64,000 nt of DNA from Salisapilia sapeloensis CBS 127946 (taxonomy: Eukaryota > Protista > Oomycota): contig JAADVB010000004.1 in assembly GCA_023334545.1 (NCBI GenBank), positions 112,802 to 176,801 on the forward strand. The letters run 5' to 3'. The position numbers were made by a program, and so were the translations under genes. How positions within the stretch are numbered: position 1 is the first letter of the stretch; every line of letters begins with the position of its first letter. Of this stretch, positions 43,769-55,189 are shown piece after piece. The notes below the pieces were generated by a model. It was not told where the DNA came from, did not search any database, and was given only the letters and a program-made list of their open reading frames with translations.

Positions 43769-44888
43769 ATGGGATTGCTTGCTCCAGTCTGTGCTTCGCT
43801 AGCATTTCAGATCCTGTCGCCTATATTTGTGTTCTTATGCTTTGTGAATAAACGCATTATTCAATACCCAGCGGACACGAAAGGTACGTCCAAGTCGCAT
43901 CATAATTCATAGAGACCTCTTACACTCTGTAGCTTTCACTCATCATCATCGACTCCGTCGCCTAAAGGACGATCCTGCAACTGTTAAAGGAAATGATTTG
44001 TCATCGGACCTATTAACGATGTCGAAACCGGTGCAAGCACAATTCTTTCCTGGGGAAAGGAACAATCCGGACAAAGTTTTAATCAACTTTAGCAACATTA
44101 ATACCACGTCGGGTATAGATAAACTCCCTGTACCGGAGGTTCTAGCTGTTGCGTATTTTAACACTTCCTCTTCATCTTCCCAATTGGAAGATATCATTCC
44201 AGAGATCAATAACAGCGATTCCAACTCCCAAGAAGGAAGATTAATAGTACCACCATCCGATGTGGCCGTACTCTCCAACTCCACTGCGAGCTATTTACAA
44301 GATATACTTCCAGACTCTCATTTAAATTCGTCACAAAGCGGAGGATGGACATTCCCAGCGACCTTTACGGCCGTCAATGCGAACAGCTCCAACGCTTCTG
44401 CCTCCATTGCTAGAGATCGAGAGGCAGATGCGGGTGACTGGTATGGCAGTGATGAAGATGAAAGTGCGTCTGTAGATGACCAAAGCAATAGTCTTTTAAA
44501 TGGAAGCAAGTCAGATAGTGTGGACAGTGTTTTCAATGAAAACGAAACGGATGATGTGACCACCAAGATTCTTGGGTATGCTTTGGCTACTGCGGGAGCA
44601 CTCTTCTTTGCTGCTTTCATCGCAGCCTACTACATTCGTCGTCGTAAGAAGAAAGCGAAGCGTAGAAACTCTGAAAACACGGATGGATCGGCCTTGTTGG
44701 CGATGATTCAAAGCCAAGCAGTCATGCAAGGAAGGAAACAGCACGCCGCGACGGACAGAGAGAGTGACAAGTACGGTGGAGTCTCAATCGTATGGACGGA
44801 TTCCATTCCAAGATTCGACTTTAAAGCCGAGAACATGTCACAGTCACGTGGAAGTCAATCGTCATGGAACTCGGTTCAGACTGTGTGA
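43769..44888 (+). CDS. Hypothetical Ser/Asn-rich single-pass membrane (surface) protein, 2 exons
   Basis: Exon 43769-43883 (hydrophobic N-terminus) joins in frame via intron 43884-43932 (gtacgt..tgtag). There is an S/T/N-rich ectodomain with many N-x-S/T sites and a TM segment ILGYALATAGALFFAAFIAAYYI followed by RRRKKK. Confidence 0.75.
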
Positions 44889-45379
44889 TCAATGGACATG
44901 TTGAGTCGAAAACAAAAAGATACTCTTATAAGATGATAATTCAAACTCTCTTGACTCCATGTTCACTCCGACTCCAAATTTTGTCTAAACTCGATCTGCA
45001 CGTGGCTTAGTCATCTAGTCGAAGTCGTTGCTCCATCACCTTCAGCCACGCTCGTTATCTTTTAACTTAAGTTCGGAAATACTGCTCCTCCATAGGTTTT
45101 CAATCAGAGTTTTCAATTCCTCTTCATCATTTTCGTCGTCTTCTCCAAGAGAGACTTTATCCGAGGTCTACTTCCTGGAATCGAAGACCTGCGCATCGTC
45201 ATTAAACGATGTCAACTGAACACAAGCACTCAATGAATCTACAGTCGAGGGCTCATGTGGTTCGAGTCAAATTTATAGACTTCACCAGTGCTGTACTCTT
45301 TTCCTAACAAATCCCTCTATCCTTCCATCAGCTGAAAGATTTTGGACGCTTCGACAACGGTAGATCCACTGCCCTCTTT

Positions 45380-46506
45380 TTAATACCGTCCGGCCTGGAT
45401 TTCTTGTCGAGCAACTCTATAGGAATTCAGTCGACTAGCAATTGCATCGCAAACAGAGCAGAGACAGATCTTCTTTGCCATCAGCTCTAATTTGTGAACA
45501 ACCTCGATTAACTCCATGGGAAGGACAAATCTTCCACAGATGGATGAATCACACAAACTACAGGGGTAAGCTTTGCGTAAGGTACCGAATTGCTTTTTGC
45601 AAGATCGGCATTTCGACTTGTCTTCAACCCCGCTCATACTGATCAAGCTCGTGACTAATCCTTGTTTAAATCTTTCCTCTGAAGAAGCCACGAAAGCTTC
45701 TTCATTTTTGCACAATGGGTGGATGTCCAATTATATATAAGCCCGCTGGCCACGTTGACGACGGCGAAGGAGTCGAGAAGGTTGTTTCCAAATACCTCAT
45801 AATATGCTTTGGTGAACAATTCGACCGATTCATTCGAAGTGGGCTTGAATAGGACACAAGACGAAGCACTGGATCGTATGATGCCTCGTTCTTCAAGTGG
45901 TGGAGTCGACGGTATGTCCACTGCATGCGCGAGATTATACCCAATGCGCTCATTTTTACTGACCTGAAGAATTCAAGTCGCTCGAATGCAGACAACATCT
46001 CGGTCTTTGACAATCCCTCGAAGTGCTAGACTTAGGCTACCAGAATGCCATTGGAGAACAGTGGAACGATACGGATGCTCCAGAGTTGGCTTCTCAATTG
46101 TCGAAGGAATCTGACAATTCGTCACTGGTGATCCCGAGTAACCCATGCCTTGCAAAATTGCTGCCTCATCACCGTATGCGAGACCGTATAACAGGTCATC
46201 AATATTATGCGAGATCGTTCTATTACCGACGATGACACGAGGCATTTGCCAGCCAGCATTATCGTTGTACAAATCTTTCAATACGCGCCGAGATGGGTTC
46301 CGCTCACGGTACATGGTCACATTGTTGGATGACTTGATCGGCTTCCAGCGTTTGTTCTCCATTTCCCGAGGCACAGACTAATCAAACTTTTAATAATGTC
46401 TGAGCGCTTCGTGGACGAAAATCATCGCAATGCGCTTGCAATCAGCCTTTTTTGCCTCCGGGAGGGTGGAGTCTTCATATGCGTCTGCTGTCCAAGGTGT
46501 CGCCAT
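45380..46506 (-). pseudogene. Pseudogene of the oomycete START-like + FYVE-like zinc finger family
   Basis: A single frame from ATG 46506 reads EALRHY*KFD*SVPREMENKRWKPIKSSNNVTMYRE...RDVVCIRAT*ILQVSKNERIGYNLAHAVDIP...HCAKMKKLSWLL. It then shifts frame into KCRSCKKQFGTLRKAYPCSLCDSSICGR...CSVC. There are at least three in-frame stops and one frameshift, with no adequate introns to remove them. Confidence 0.8.
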
Positions 46507-47716
46507 GGATTAGAAAGTAGTACCAGCGAGCTAAACTGAGAATGATATGAAGACGCAAAGACGATGTTTTAGGTGGAGATGATACGGCGGGAATTGCTCC
46601 TTGTGTGCTTTTCATACCACCCTCAATCGCGTGACATTTGTCCCGTACTAGACCTCATAGCATGCCTCAGACATAAAGCGGGTGATGCAATTGAACGCTT
46701 GGAAGGTTGTGACGACTCTAATGCATTCTCATTCTGTGTCTGCTTTACCAGCATCCAAGGAAGCTGTGCCAATTCCAGTCCTAGCAACCGGGGCGCAAGT
46801 TTCTAAAGACCAAAAACCTGGATGACAAGCAAACGAATCCGCACCATGCTGATCCCTTTATTGCCCTCCACTCGTTCAACTGCGAATGTCTTTGTAGCTT
46901 CTGAGGGGCTAAGATCGAGTCCCACTCTCCACCTGATAGCGCAGCTCGCACATCTATCAGACTGTCTGGGGCTCGTCCTCCAGCCGAAAGCCTGCCTTCT
47001 TCATTGCAACCATCGTTATATTGGGGAATAACGGAGCGGATTCGTATGTAAGGCATTAGAGCAGTGCACATATACAGAACGGTAACCATAACTAGGTCAG
47101 ATATTTGCTTTCCAGAAGGTTGATTACCTCATATCAGGGGCAAAATGGGGAGCTACGTGGAGGCAACGAAAACTTATAAGCAATTCGACCAAGACTAGAC
47201 TTATAGCAGTCTCTACTGAATGGGAAAGCGATGCATTGCAAGCAATCTTACAAGAACATCACTGCCACACCCGACTTCGCAGTTATAATTTCACTTCCGC
47301 TTTCTTTCTCGTATGAATCCCAGCTTAGACACACACCCTATCAGTGGATGCATAATTTCCACTAGACAATCTTGCTGCTTTGAAAGCTAAATGAATGTCC
47401 ACTTCATGTCGGCAGTTTCATCCCGTAACGAAAGGTTGCTCAGGTACTCGCATGTTGTCGATTTCTCCTCATATACTCGTTACGAGCAATAAATCTTGTA
47501 CTCCTCTCCAACTGAGAGCATTCACAAATCTTCAATCATCCTCTACGGCGTTCATATAAAAAACAGAGCTAAAGCTCACGGACACTTGCACTAGAAATGG
47601 TGGAAACGTAGTCGCCCAAGTGTCCATATCACAGCTCCCTATATTGCATCTGGTAACTCACTAAATTGCGTACACTAATCTGGGTACTCTCGAATCGCTG
47701 TTAAGCCAAGTCTCAT

Positions 47717-47739
47717 TTAAATGCGCAATGCGCATTTAA
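47717..47739. repeat. Perfect 11-bp inverted repeat with a 1-nt spacer (TTAAATGCGCA-A-TGCGCATTTAA)
   Basis: Read directly from the sequence; it ends 24 nt upstream of the THOC3 ATG. Confidence 0.85.
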
Positions 47740-47763
47740 CAGACAACAAAGTTGGTATCGATC

Positions 47764-49115
47764 ATGGAGCCTGGTGAGAGCAATGCTGGAGACCTCCCCT
47801 TTGTGCAATTGCCGGAGCTATACGGTCATTCAAGAATGGCATTCGCACTCGAGTTCAACCGTGACGGATCTCTTCTAGCTTCGGGCTCGAGCGATAAAAG
47901 TGTGCGCATCTGGTCGCCGAATCACGTACGGTAGCTGGCATCCACCACCATTATTCGATTATATTTGACCTAGAAGATGCCTTTATAGCCAAATAAAGAC
48001 GCGACGGAACTACGTGGTCACTCTGAGTCCGTCAATTCGCTTGCATGGGACCCAACGAGTAATTATCGCGTTGCAAGCACAAGTGCTGACAAGACGGTGC
48101 GCATATGGGATGCAAAATCCGGTCGATTACAACACAGCATCTCGCTACAAGCCGAGGCATTAAATATCGTCTACAGCCACGACGGAAAATGGATTGCAGT
48201 CAGCAACCTTGACTGTGTAACGCTCATTGACGCCAAAAAGCACCGCGTCGTGCGCCGTGTAGTCAATCCATACGAGGTAGCTATACCCTGATGATCTTCT
48301 CACATCTCCATAGTCTCTAATTTATATCTTTGCAGGTAAACGAAGTCCAATTTAATCAAAACGGACTTCTGTTTGTGGCTGCTGGTACGAACTCTTCTTT
48401 ACAGCTAATCGTCAAATGGTTTCACCACGACGTTTCTTGCTTGTAGGTCATCCTGCTGGATACGGTACATTTGAAATCATGAAGATTTTGACGGAGAAGA
48501 AGGGAAATCCGAATCTGGAGAACGTTCACAAGGTACTACTTAACGCTATTACGGTAACTTTCTGCTCTTATATGAAGCACTTCAAATAGGTGATGGCTCA
48601 TGCCGGCAGTTGCTTCTGTCTTGACTTCCATCCGTCCGGCCGGTTCGTCTTCCTTATCTAATAATCGCTGCGATTACTTGAGCGACTAATACGCTCTTAA
48701 ATGATACAGCTACGTTGCGATTGGTGGTATTGACTCTCTCGTGAGTCTTTGGGACCTTCACAACCTCTACTGCATCCGAACTTTTGTAGTCACTTCGTAT
48801 GTCACATACTTATTTACAATAACGCTCTAGTAACCTTCTAACAAAACACCATTTAGATCAAGCATTCGGATCGTCCGCTTCAACTTCGATGGCAGCCTCT
48901 TGGCCATCGGGATGGACGAAACAAATCTCATTGTCGTACACACTGACACCGGTGAAATCGCTCTCACGCTGCAGCTTCAGAACGGACTGCAATATCTTTG
49001 CTGGCATCCAAAGCAGAACGTCTTGGCTTATGTAGGCGACAAAGCAACTGGTGAGAAGAATTCGCATCGTGATGGTGTGATCAAACAGATTGAGGTTCGA
49101 GGATCTAGTGGATAA
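47764..49115 (+). CDS. THOC3: THO complex subunit 3 (TEX1), WD40 protein, intron-rich
   Basis: WD repeats: GSLLASGSSDKSVRIW, GHSESVNSLAWDP, STSADKTVRIWD, AHAGSCFCLDFHPSGRYVAIGGIDSLVSLWD, IRIVRFNFDGSLLA, WHPKQNVLAY. Several short GT-AG introns. Confidence 0.9.
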
Positions 49116-49152
49116 CTTTTCAGTACAAAAGACTTGCTACCTTTATTCTGCC

Positions 49153-50330
49153 TTACTTTACGCTCGCAAAAAGCTTTTGCATGCTCTCTTGCATCTGTAG
49201 TTTACCTCGAGCTACACCGAGGTAGCAACTGCATTGCTTAAGCGTACTGCTTTCACCGAGTTCCTGCGCGAGCATATACGCTTGGTCGAATGCTCGCACA
49301 GCGCGATCGTAGTCTTGGTTATGAGATGCGAGTAGTCCGATCTGCATCCAGGCGAACGCTTCTGCTGGTTTGTCCACCACCGTCTGAATCAACTGCAGAT
49401 GCTGCTCCATGCAAGATTTTGCCGTCTGTAGATCATTCTGACGCATAGCAAGCAGTCCCAAGTTACCAACAGCTAGAGACTGTCCGTACGAGCTATCGAG
49501 CCGTATCGCTAGACGCAGAGCTTCTTGATAATGACTTGCCGCTTTATTTGGATCTCCTAAAGATGCGCAGGTAAGACCTAGATTGAGGTTGGCGACAAAC
49601 TTTCCAGCATCATCAGCTAGCTCTAGGTGCTTTGCATGATGCTTTTGGGCAGACACTAGATGTGCACTTTTGGATACGAATTCTCCTGTGTATGTATACT
49701 GTCTTGATGCAGAAGCAGCGAGGAACATGTAGTCAACACCGAGACAGTTATGAGCTACTTGCGTAAATGCAGACTGCTGAGTCGATTCACTAATTGAAAG
49801 AACGAGTAGGTAGCAATCGACAGCTTGGAGATGCTCGCCTACGTTATCGTGAAGGATGCCGAGACACAGATGGGACGCACACTCTGCATCATGCCTACCG
49901 GATCTTTTACTAGATTCAGCCTACATTACGGCATATTAGAAATGCAATTGCTGAGGATGAGTAGTTTGTTCGTACCAGCATAGCATACTCCTTGAGCTGC
50001 TTGGCAGAGACTCCTTGCTTGGGCTGTTGAAGTGTCAATCCAGAACAGCAAGCAAGCTTTGAAACGAGTTTAGAGTTCGAAGGATGTGATTGCTCGAATT
50101 GAGCCTGCAGATTGGATAAACCGATGGCTCTAGGCACGAACATGGTATCTCGAAGTCGATCATCACGAGCTAACGTCGGAATACGATCTGGCGTTTTCAC
50201 CTGCTTGAGACAATATGTGCCTTAGCGCACTTTCAATGTGGTTTGGCAAGAATGAAGATGTGTCTATACATTGTTTGGAGGAGCAATACGCTGCGGAATG
50301 TCCAATTGTGGTGCCGAATCCGCAAGCTGC
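49153..50330 (-). CDS. Tetratricopeptide-repeat protein (multi-exon; start codon uncertain)
   Basis: TPR helices: LCLGILHDNVGEHLQAVDCY, LNLGLTCASLGDPNKAASHYQEAL, VGNLGLLAMRQND, QIGLLASHNQDYDRAVRAFDQA. An in-frame GT-AG junction gives KEYAML|AESSKR. Confidence 0.8.
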
Positions 50331-50640
50331 GTGCCATCCGTAGCACTCGTCACTGCTCCACTATTACAAATAGACTTGCTTTTACAAAAAATAAAGAATG
50401 CAATCTAGACAAGACACATACAGATCATCGATATTGAATAGCTTGACAAGTGGTTGCTTCGTTGGGGAAGAGCTCATCCTTCCAAAGCTGGAATGGTCCA
50501 TGAAACCCCTCAAGATCCACTTCAATATATCTTTTGCATTATTGAAGGACACATTCATACAGACACCTAGTTTATTTTGTTCTAGAAATCGGACGACAGT
50601 ATAGAATACTTGTGAACGAAATAAATTCAAACGATTGTCA

Positions 50641-51261
50641 ATGGCGAAGGAAGAGAACGATCCGAATTGCGCAGAGCCAGCATGCTTTGACAAGGCGAGC
50701 TTCTTCAAGAGTGCAATGGGCAAGCCTGGGAGCTCGAAAAAGACTGCTGAACTGCCGAAAGATTGCCCAGTGGATCGTCAGGAGCTTGGTAACTCGACGT
50801 GGAAGCTGGTATTTATATTCATTTCAATTCTTCTCGTCTACCTTGTGCTAATTAGCTACCATACGATATCATAGTTGCATTCCATGGGCATATACTATCC
50901 TGAGAATCCATCCAAGGAGCACCAGGAGAAGACAAAAGTGTTTATCGAGGCCTTGGCGCTCATGTACCCTTGCTCCCACTGTGCCGCCGACTTCCAGGAC
51001 AGCATCCAACAGTCTCCACCAAGGTACGTACAGTCCGCCTAATCTGTCTGAACCAGTTTATGACCATGTTTTTGCAGGGTTGACTCGAAAACAAGCTTGT
51101 CCCAGTGGCTGTGTGAACAGCATAACATTGTGAACAAGAAGATTGGCAAGCCAGTATTCGACTGCTCGATGGAGAGTCTAGAGAAACGGTGGAGAAAGGG
51201 TCGTCCAGAGTGCTGGGGAAAGGACTCAGAGACGAGTGAAGAGTCGCTAGGTCAAGACTGA
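50641..51261 (+). CDS. ERV1: ERV1/ALR FAD-dependent sulfhydryl oxidase (mitochondrial IMS type), 3 exons
   Basis: Motifs: CPVDRQELGNSTW.LLH, redox YPCSHC, WLCEQHNIVNKKIGKPVFDC, RW. Two GT-AG introns keep the frame. Confidence 0.93.
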
Positions 51262-51312
51262 GGATCAATAGAAGAACTAAACGACTCTGCGGTTTGCATT
51301 CTGGTTAATCGA

Positions 51313-52146
51313 CTACAACTCTTCCTTTGCTTCATCCGTCGACGGAACAGAACCTTCACACACTAGCTTTCGAGTTAAATAAGAGCGACTTTAATCATAG
51401 TAAAGAAGTGGTACCTTGTAGCTGCTGCGTGCACAGACGGTCGATAGCAGGCGTAAAGTTATCGAAGAAGGCGTGGATGAGATCGTCTTCATATTCGCCG
51501 ACAAAGCCAAGGCACTATACTCCTCTTTATATAAAATATGTGTACGGATATTGAAGATGAATATACCGCTTCTTGAGTCAATTTGGAAACACTTTTGTCT
51601 GCAGAATCAAGGTGAGGGAGCGGGTGATTGCAGACGTTGTCCAACACTTCGAGAATTCGGTCCTGCATCTACTTGTTACGATTGTACCAGCAGAATACTC
51701 GCAAATTAGTTACCTCGCTTCGAGCGTATCTAACCTTCTTCTTCTCTTCACTGATTCGATAGACAATGTCTACTTCATGGTCGTCCTACAGCATACGAAT
51801 AAGAAATCCCATTGCTACAGTTGAGCCGATGCATTGTACCGGTGTTGCGTCCAATTGCTTTTCAATGTCAGAAATAATCGACCGGCATACTAGCAGCACA
51901 AATGCAAATTAAAAAGCAAGTAGATCAAAATGCATAGTAAGCTTACAGCAGCAAGATGCTGGCTGGGTTTCGCCAAAGCACATCAGGTCGGAGTGTCCAC
52001 GAGCTGCAAACTGTTTCCCATAATTCCACCTTCCTCATTTCATTAGCTTCAAAGTCTCCATCGAAATCTGTTCCCTTATAGTACTTATTCGTCCATGCAT
52101 GCGCTGTACACGCCAGCATCGCCATCAAGAGCGTCTTCATGATCAT
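51313..52146 (-). CDS. Canopy (CNPY/MSAP, DUF3456)-like saposin-fold ER-lumenal protein, about 170 aa, 7 exons
   Basis: Exons 52146-52085, 52029-51947, 51889-51840, 51785-51714, 51662-51567, 51514-51415 and 51362-51313, with six GT-AG introns of 51-57 nt, join in frame. The product has a signal peptide, SCCLCRSIISDIE, VRYARSEDRILEVLDNVC, CLGFVGEYEDDLIHAFF, RLCTQQLQVC and a C-terminal KEEL. Confidence 0.82.
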
Positions 52147-52398
52147 CCTACGATCCCAATTTGAAGATGCACTTGCTCATAAAATTAGACACAAATGCCC
52201 CTGTTCCTTATTATACATGCACAGTCCAGTCCGAAGCATCCGCGGTCGATGTTCTCGAATGCTATTTCGAAGCTGCAAGTAGCAATATCTTTCTATAGAT
52301 CTTGCCTGTATGCCCGTCGAATCGACTCCAGAGCGACCCTCACGAGTCGTCTCGTATTAATACACATATAGAACCATTTAACTTGAAGTAAGTATAGC

Positions 52399-52408
52399 GC
52401 CACGTGGC
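52399..52408. promoter_or_regulatory. Palindromic GCCACGTGGC (G-box/UPRE-like bZIP site) in the Canopy-GRP94 divergent spacer
   Basis: Perfect 10-bp palindrome containing CCACG/CACGTG. The function is inferred, not shown. Confidence 0.45.
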
Positions 52409-52450
52409 TTCTGCTGGTCATTTCGTGGTCCGATCCAACAGCCAAGTTGC

Positions 52451-52463
52451 CATTCCGCAATTT
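52451..52463 (+). promoter_or_regulatory. Oomycete INR+FPR core promoter (CATTCCGCAATTT) of GRP94
   Basis: Exact match to the Phytophthora core-promoter consensus CATTYYNCAWTTT, ending 24 nt upstream of the ATG at 52488. Confidence 0.7.
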
Positions 52464-52487
52464 GACTCGCCGTGAAGACTACGGAAG

Positions 52488-54870
52488 ATGGCGCGCTGGC
52501 GATCGATACTTGTACTTATTGCTGTGCTACTATGCACCATTAATACTGGCTCCTATGCCTCCGTGGAGACCGAGTCGGCGACGTTCGCGTAAGCACTTGC
52601 ATCGACGTTCCTTCATTAACTTCAACGCTAATGTTTCTGTGTCTAGACAAGAGCCGACACTGCCTTCGTTAGACGAATTGGAAAATGGAGAAAAGTTTGA
52701 GTTCCAAGCGGAAGTCTCAAGACTTATGGATATTATCATCAACTCGTTATACAAGAGCAAAGAAATTTTCCTACGGGAGATCATTTCAAATGCTGCCGAC
52801 GCGTTGGACAAGGTCCGATTCCTCTCACTCTCAGATGATTCCATGTTGGGAGACCATAAGGACCTGGAAATTCATGTGAGTTCTAACCCGGAAGAGGGCA
52901 CTTTGACAATTCGCGATACCGGTATTGGTATGACTAAAGACGAGCTTGTCACCAACTTGGGCACGGTCGCCAAATCCGGAACAGCCAACTTTGTTGAGAT
53001 GATGCAAAAAGGAAGTGGGGATGCAAGTCTCATTGGCCAGTTTGGCGTCGGATTCTACTCGGTCTATCTTGTCGCGGACCGAGTGCAAGTCGTGTCGAAG
53101 AATAACAACGACGAGCAATACGTATGGGAGTCTGATGCCAACGCGTCTTTCACGATCGCAAAGGACCCTCGAGGAAACACGCTTGGTCGAGGTACCGAGA
53201 TCACGCTGTTTTTGAAGAAGGATGCATCAACGTTTTCCAACGAACAAAAGCTGCGAGAGCTCATCACGCACTACTCTGAGTTCGTCACATTCCCCATCTA
53301 TCTCAAGACAACGTCTACTGAAACTTTCGAGGTCGAAGATGAGGCCGAAAGTGATGAAGAAACTGTCTCAGAAGATGAGGATAGTGATGAACTTGAAGCA
53401 AAAGACGAAGAGGTGAAGAAAACGCACACGGAGACTCGAACAGTTTCTTCATGGGAACTTGTGAACGATGTCAAGCCGATCTGGATGCGTTCAAAGGAGG
53501 ATCTATCCGACGAAGAGTACCAGAACTTTTACAAGTCGATCACGAAAGCGTCAACGGATCCTCTTACGTGGATCCACTTCAAGGCAGAAGGTGAAATCGA
53601 ATTCAAGTCGATTCTGTACATTCCGAGTGAAAGTCCTCCCAACTTTTACCAGGGCTTTGAAAACAAAGACGCAGACGTCAAGCTGTATGTTCGCAAGGTA
53701 CTCATCTCGGACGACTTTACTGACTTTTTGCCTCGGTACCTCAACTTTATCGCTGGCGTCGTGGACTCGGACGACCTTCCAATCAATGTTTCTCGCGAAA
53801 CGCTGCAAGAGAATAAAATCCTGCGTGTCATCAAGAAGAAACTCGTCCGCAAAGTCTTGGAGATGCTCCGCAAGTTATCTGAGAACAAGATTGACGACGA
53901 GGAAGAGAATGAAGACGACGAAAAGTCAGCATCACAGTCGCAAAACGAGGATTACATCACGTTCTGGGAAGCTTACGGCAAGAGCATTAAGTTGGGAGTC
54001 ATGGATGACCACAGCAACCGTGAAAAGTTGGTGAAACTCCTTCGCTTCAAGAGCAACAAGAGCGACGGCAAGTGGACGTCCTTGGCCGACTACGTGTCTC
54101 GCATGAAGGACTGGCAACAGTCTATCTACTACCTCACGTGCGAAAACCTCGACCAGTGTAAACGATCTCCCTTCCTCGAAAAGATCAAAGCAAAGGGACT
54201 CGAAGTCTTGTACCTCTCCGATCCTCTAGATGAGTTCACTGTCCCACACATCACCGAATTTGACAGCAAGAAGCTCGTGTCCATTTCGAAGCAAGATGTC
54301 AAGTTCGAAGACGAGGACGAAAGTGTGATGAAGAAGCGCGACGAGCTGTATGAAGAGCATTACGAAACACTTACGAAAGGACTCTCGAAGCTCTACGGCA
54401 AAAAGGTGAGCAAAGTGGAGATGTCTCAACGTGTCGTGGACTCGCCTGCAGTCATGGTCGCGTCGCAATGGGGATACACTGCGAACATGCAGCGGATCAT
54501 GAAGGCGCAGACTTTTGCCACCGGAGACGAATCGTATAATCAGATGGATGCCTTGGGTGGTCCGATCATGGAGCTCAACCCCCGCCATCCGATCATTGTG
54601 AAGCTGAATGAGAAGATGATGAGTGATCCGAAAGAAGATGAGACGAAGGACCTCGCATGGCTCTTGTATGATGCTGCTCTGATCAACTCTGGCTACGATA
54701 TGGATGACAAGGACCACTTTGCCAGTCGCTTGTACCGAGTGATGAAGGGCAGCATGGGCATTGATAGTCTGGAGCTCGAACCAGAGATTGAAGTGCCGGA
54801 GGACGAAGAAGACGAGGAAGAAGACGCCGTTGAAGTGGAGGATCTGGATATGGAGCGAGATGAATTGTAG
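52488..54870 (+). CDS. HSP90B1: Endoplasmin / GRP94 (ER HSP90), 2 exons
   Basis: Signal-peptide exon 52488-52588 ([17 protein letters not shown]) joins via intron 52589-52646. Motifs: [56 protein letters not shown]-terminal RDEL. Confidence 0.98.
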
Positions 54871-55189
54871 TGAGCCAACAGAGGAAGATAAAAGCGAGAC
54901 TTTGCTTCTATCCGGCATCCGCCTGTACTCGAATACAGCTCCATGGAAAGCTTGTATTCGTATTCATCCTTAAATCTCTTTCGAATAACACCATGCTTAA
55001 GCTATCAGTACCATACCTTATCAACTTTCCATCGTCCTTAACCTGTCCACATAATATCTCCTTCTATAATGCGAGTACTTCCGTTAAAACTCATCTACAT
55101 GAGCTAGCTAGTTGTACAATTTCATGCTATATCCTACTTTATGTCCATTGGAAGACTGCGAACACTCTTCTTGAATGCAAACATGACTT

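Noticed and set aside
43930-43975. RxLR-type effector call based on HRLRRLK (and IHLR in the 37730 protein)
   Set aside because: There is no exact RxLR-dEER arrangement, and both proteins have transmembrane anchors, unlike translocated effectors.
45380-46506. Alternative genetic code or stop-codon readthrough as the explanation for in-frame stops in the START-FYVE sequence
   Set aside because: All three stop types occur together with a frameshift. Neighbouring conserved genes end normally with TAG (NOP56), TAA (RbfA model) and TGA (EFHC) and have no internal stops.
46560-47700. ORFs 46573-46806, 46781-47089 and 46822-47031, and a 66-codon open stretch near 47115
   Set aside because: They have no recognisable motifs, overlap on opposite strands, and give no coherent splice model; I treat them as intergenic or decayed sequence.
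52447-52646. ORF-track N-terminus of GRP94 (TTG start, MPFRNL...RRRSRKHL) as an unusual signal-less HSP90
   Set aside because: It is an artefact of reading through an intron; a canonical signal-peptide exon (ATG 52488) splices in frame.
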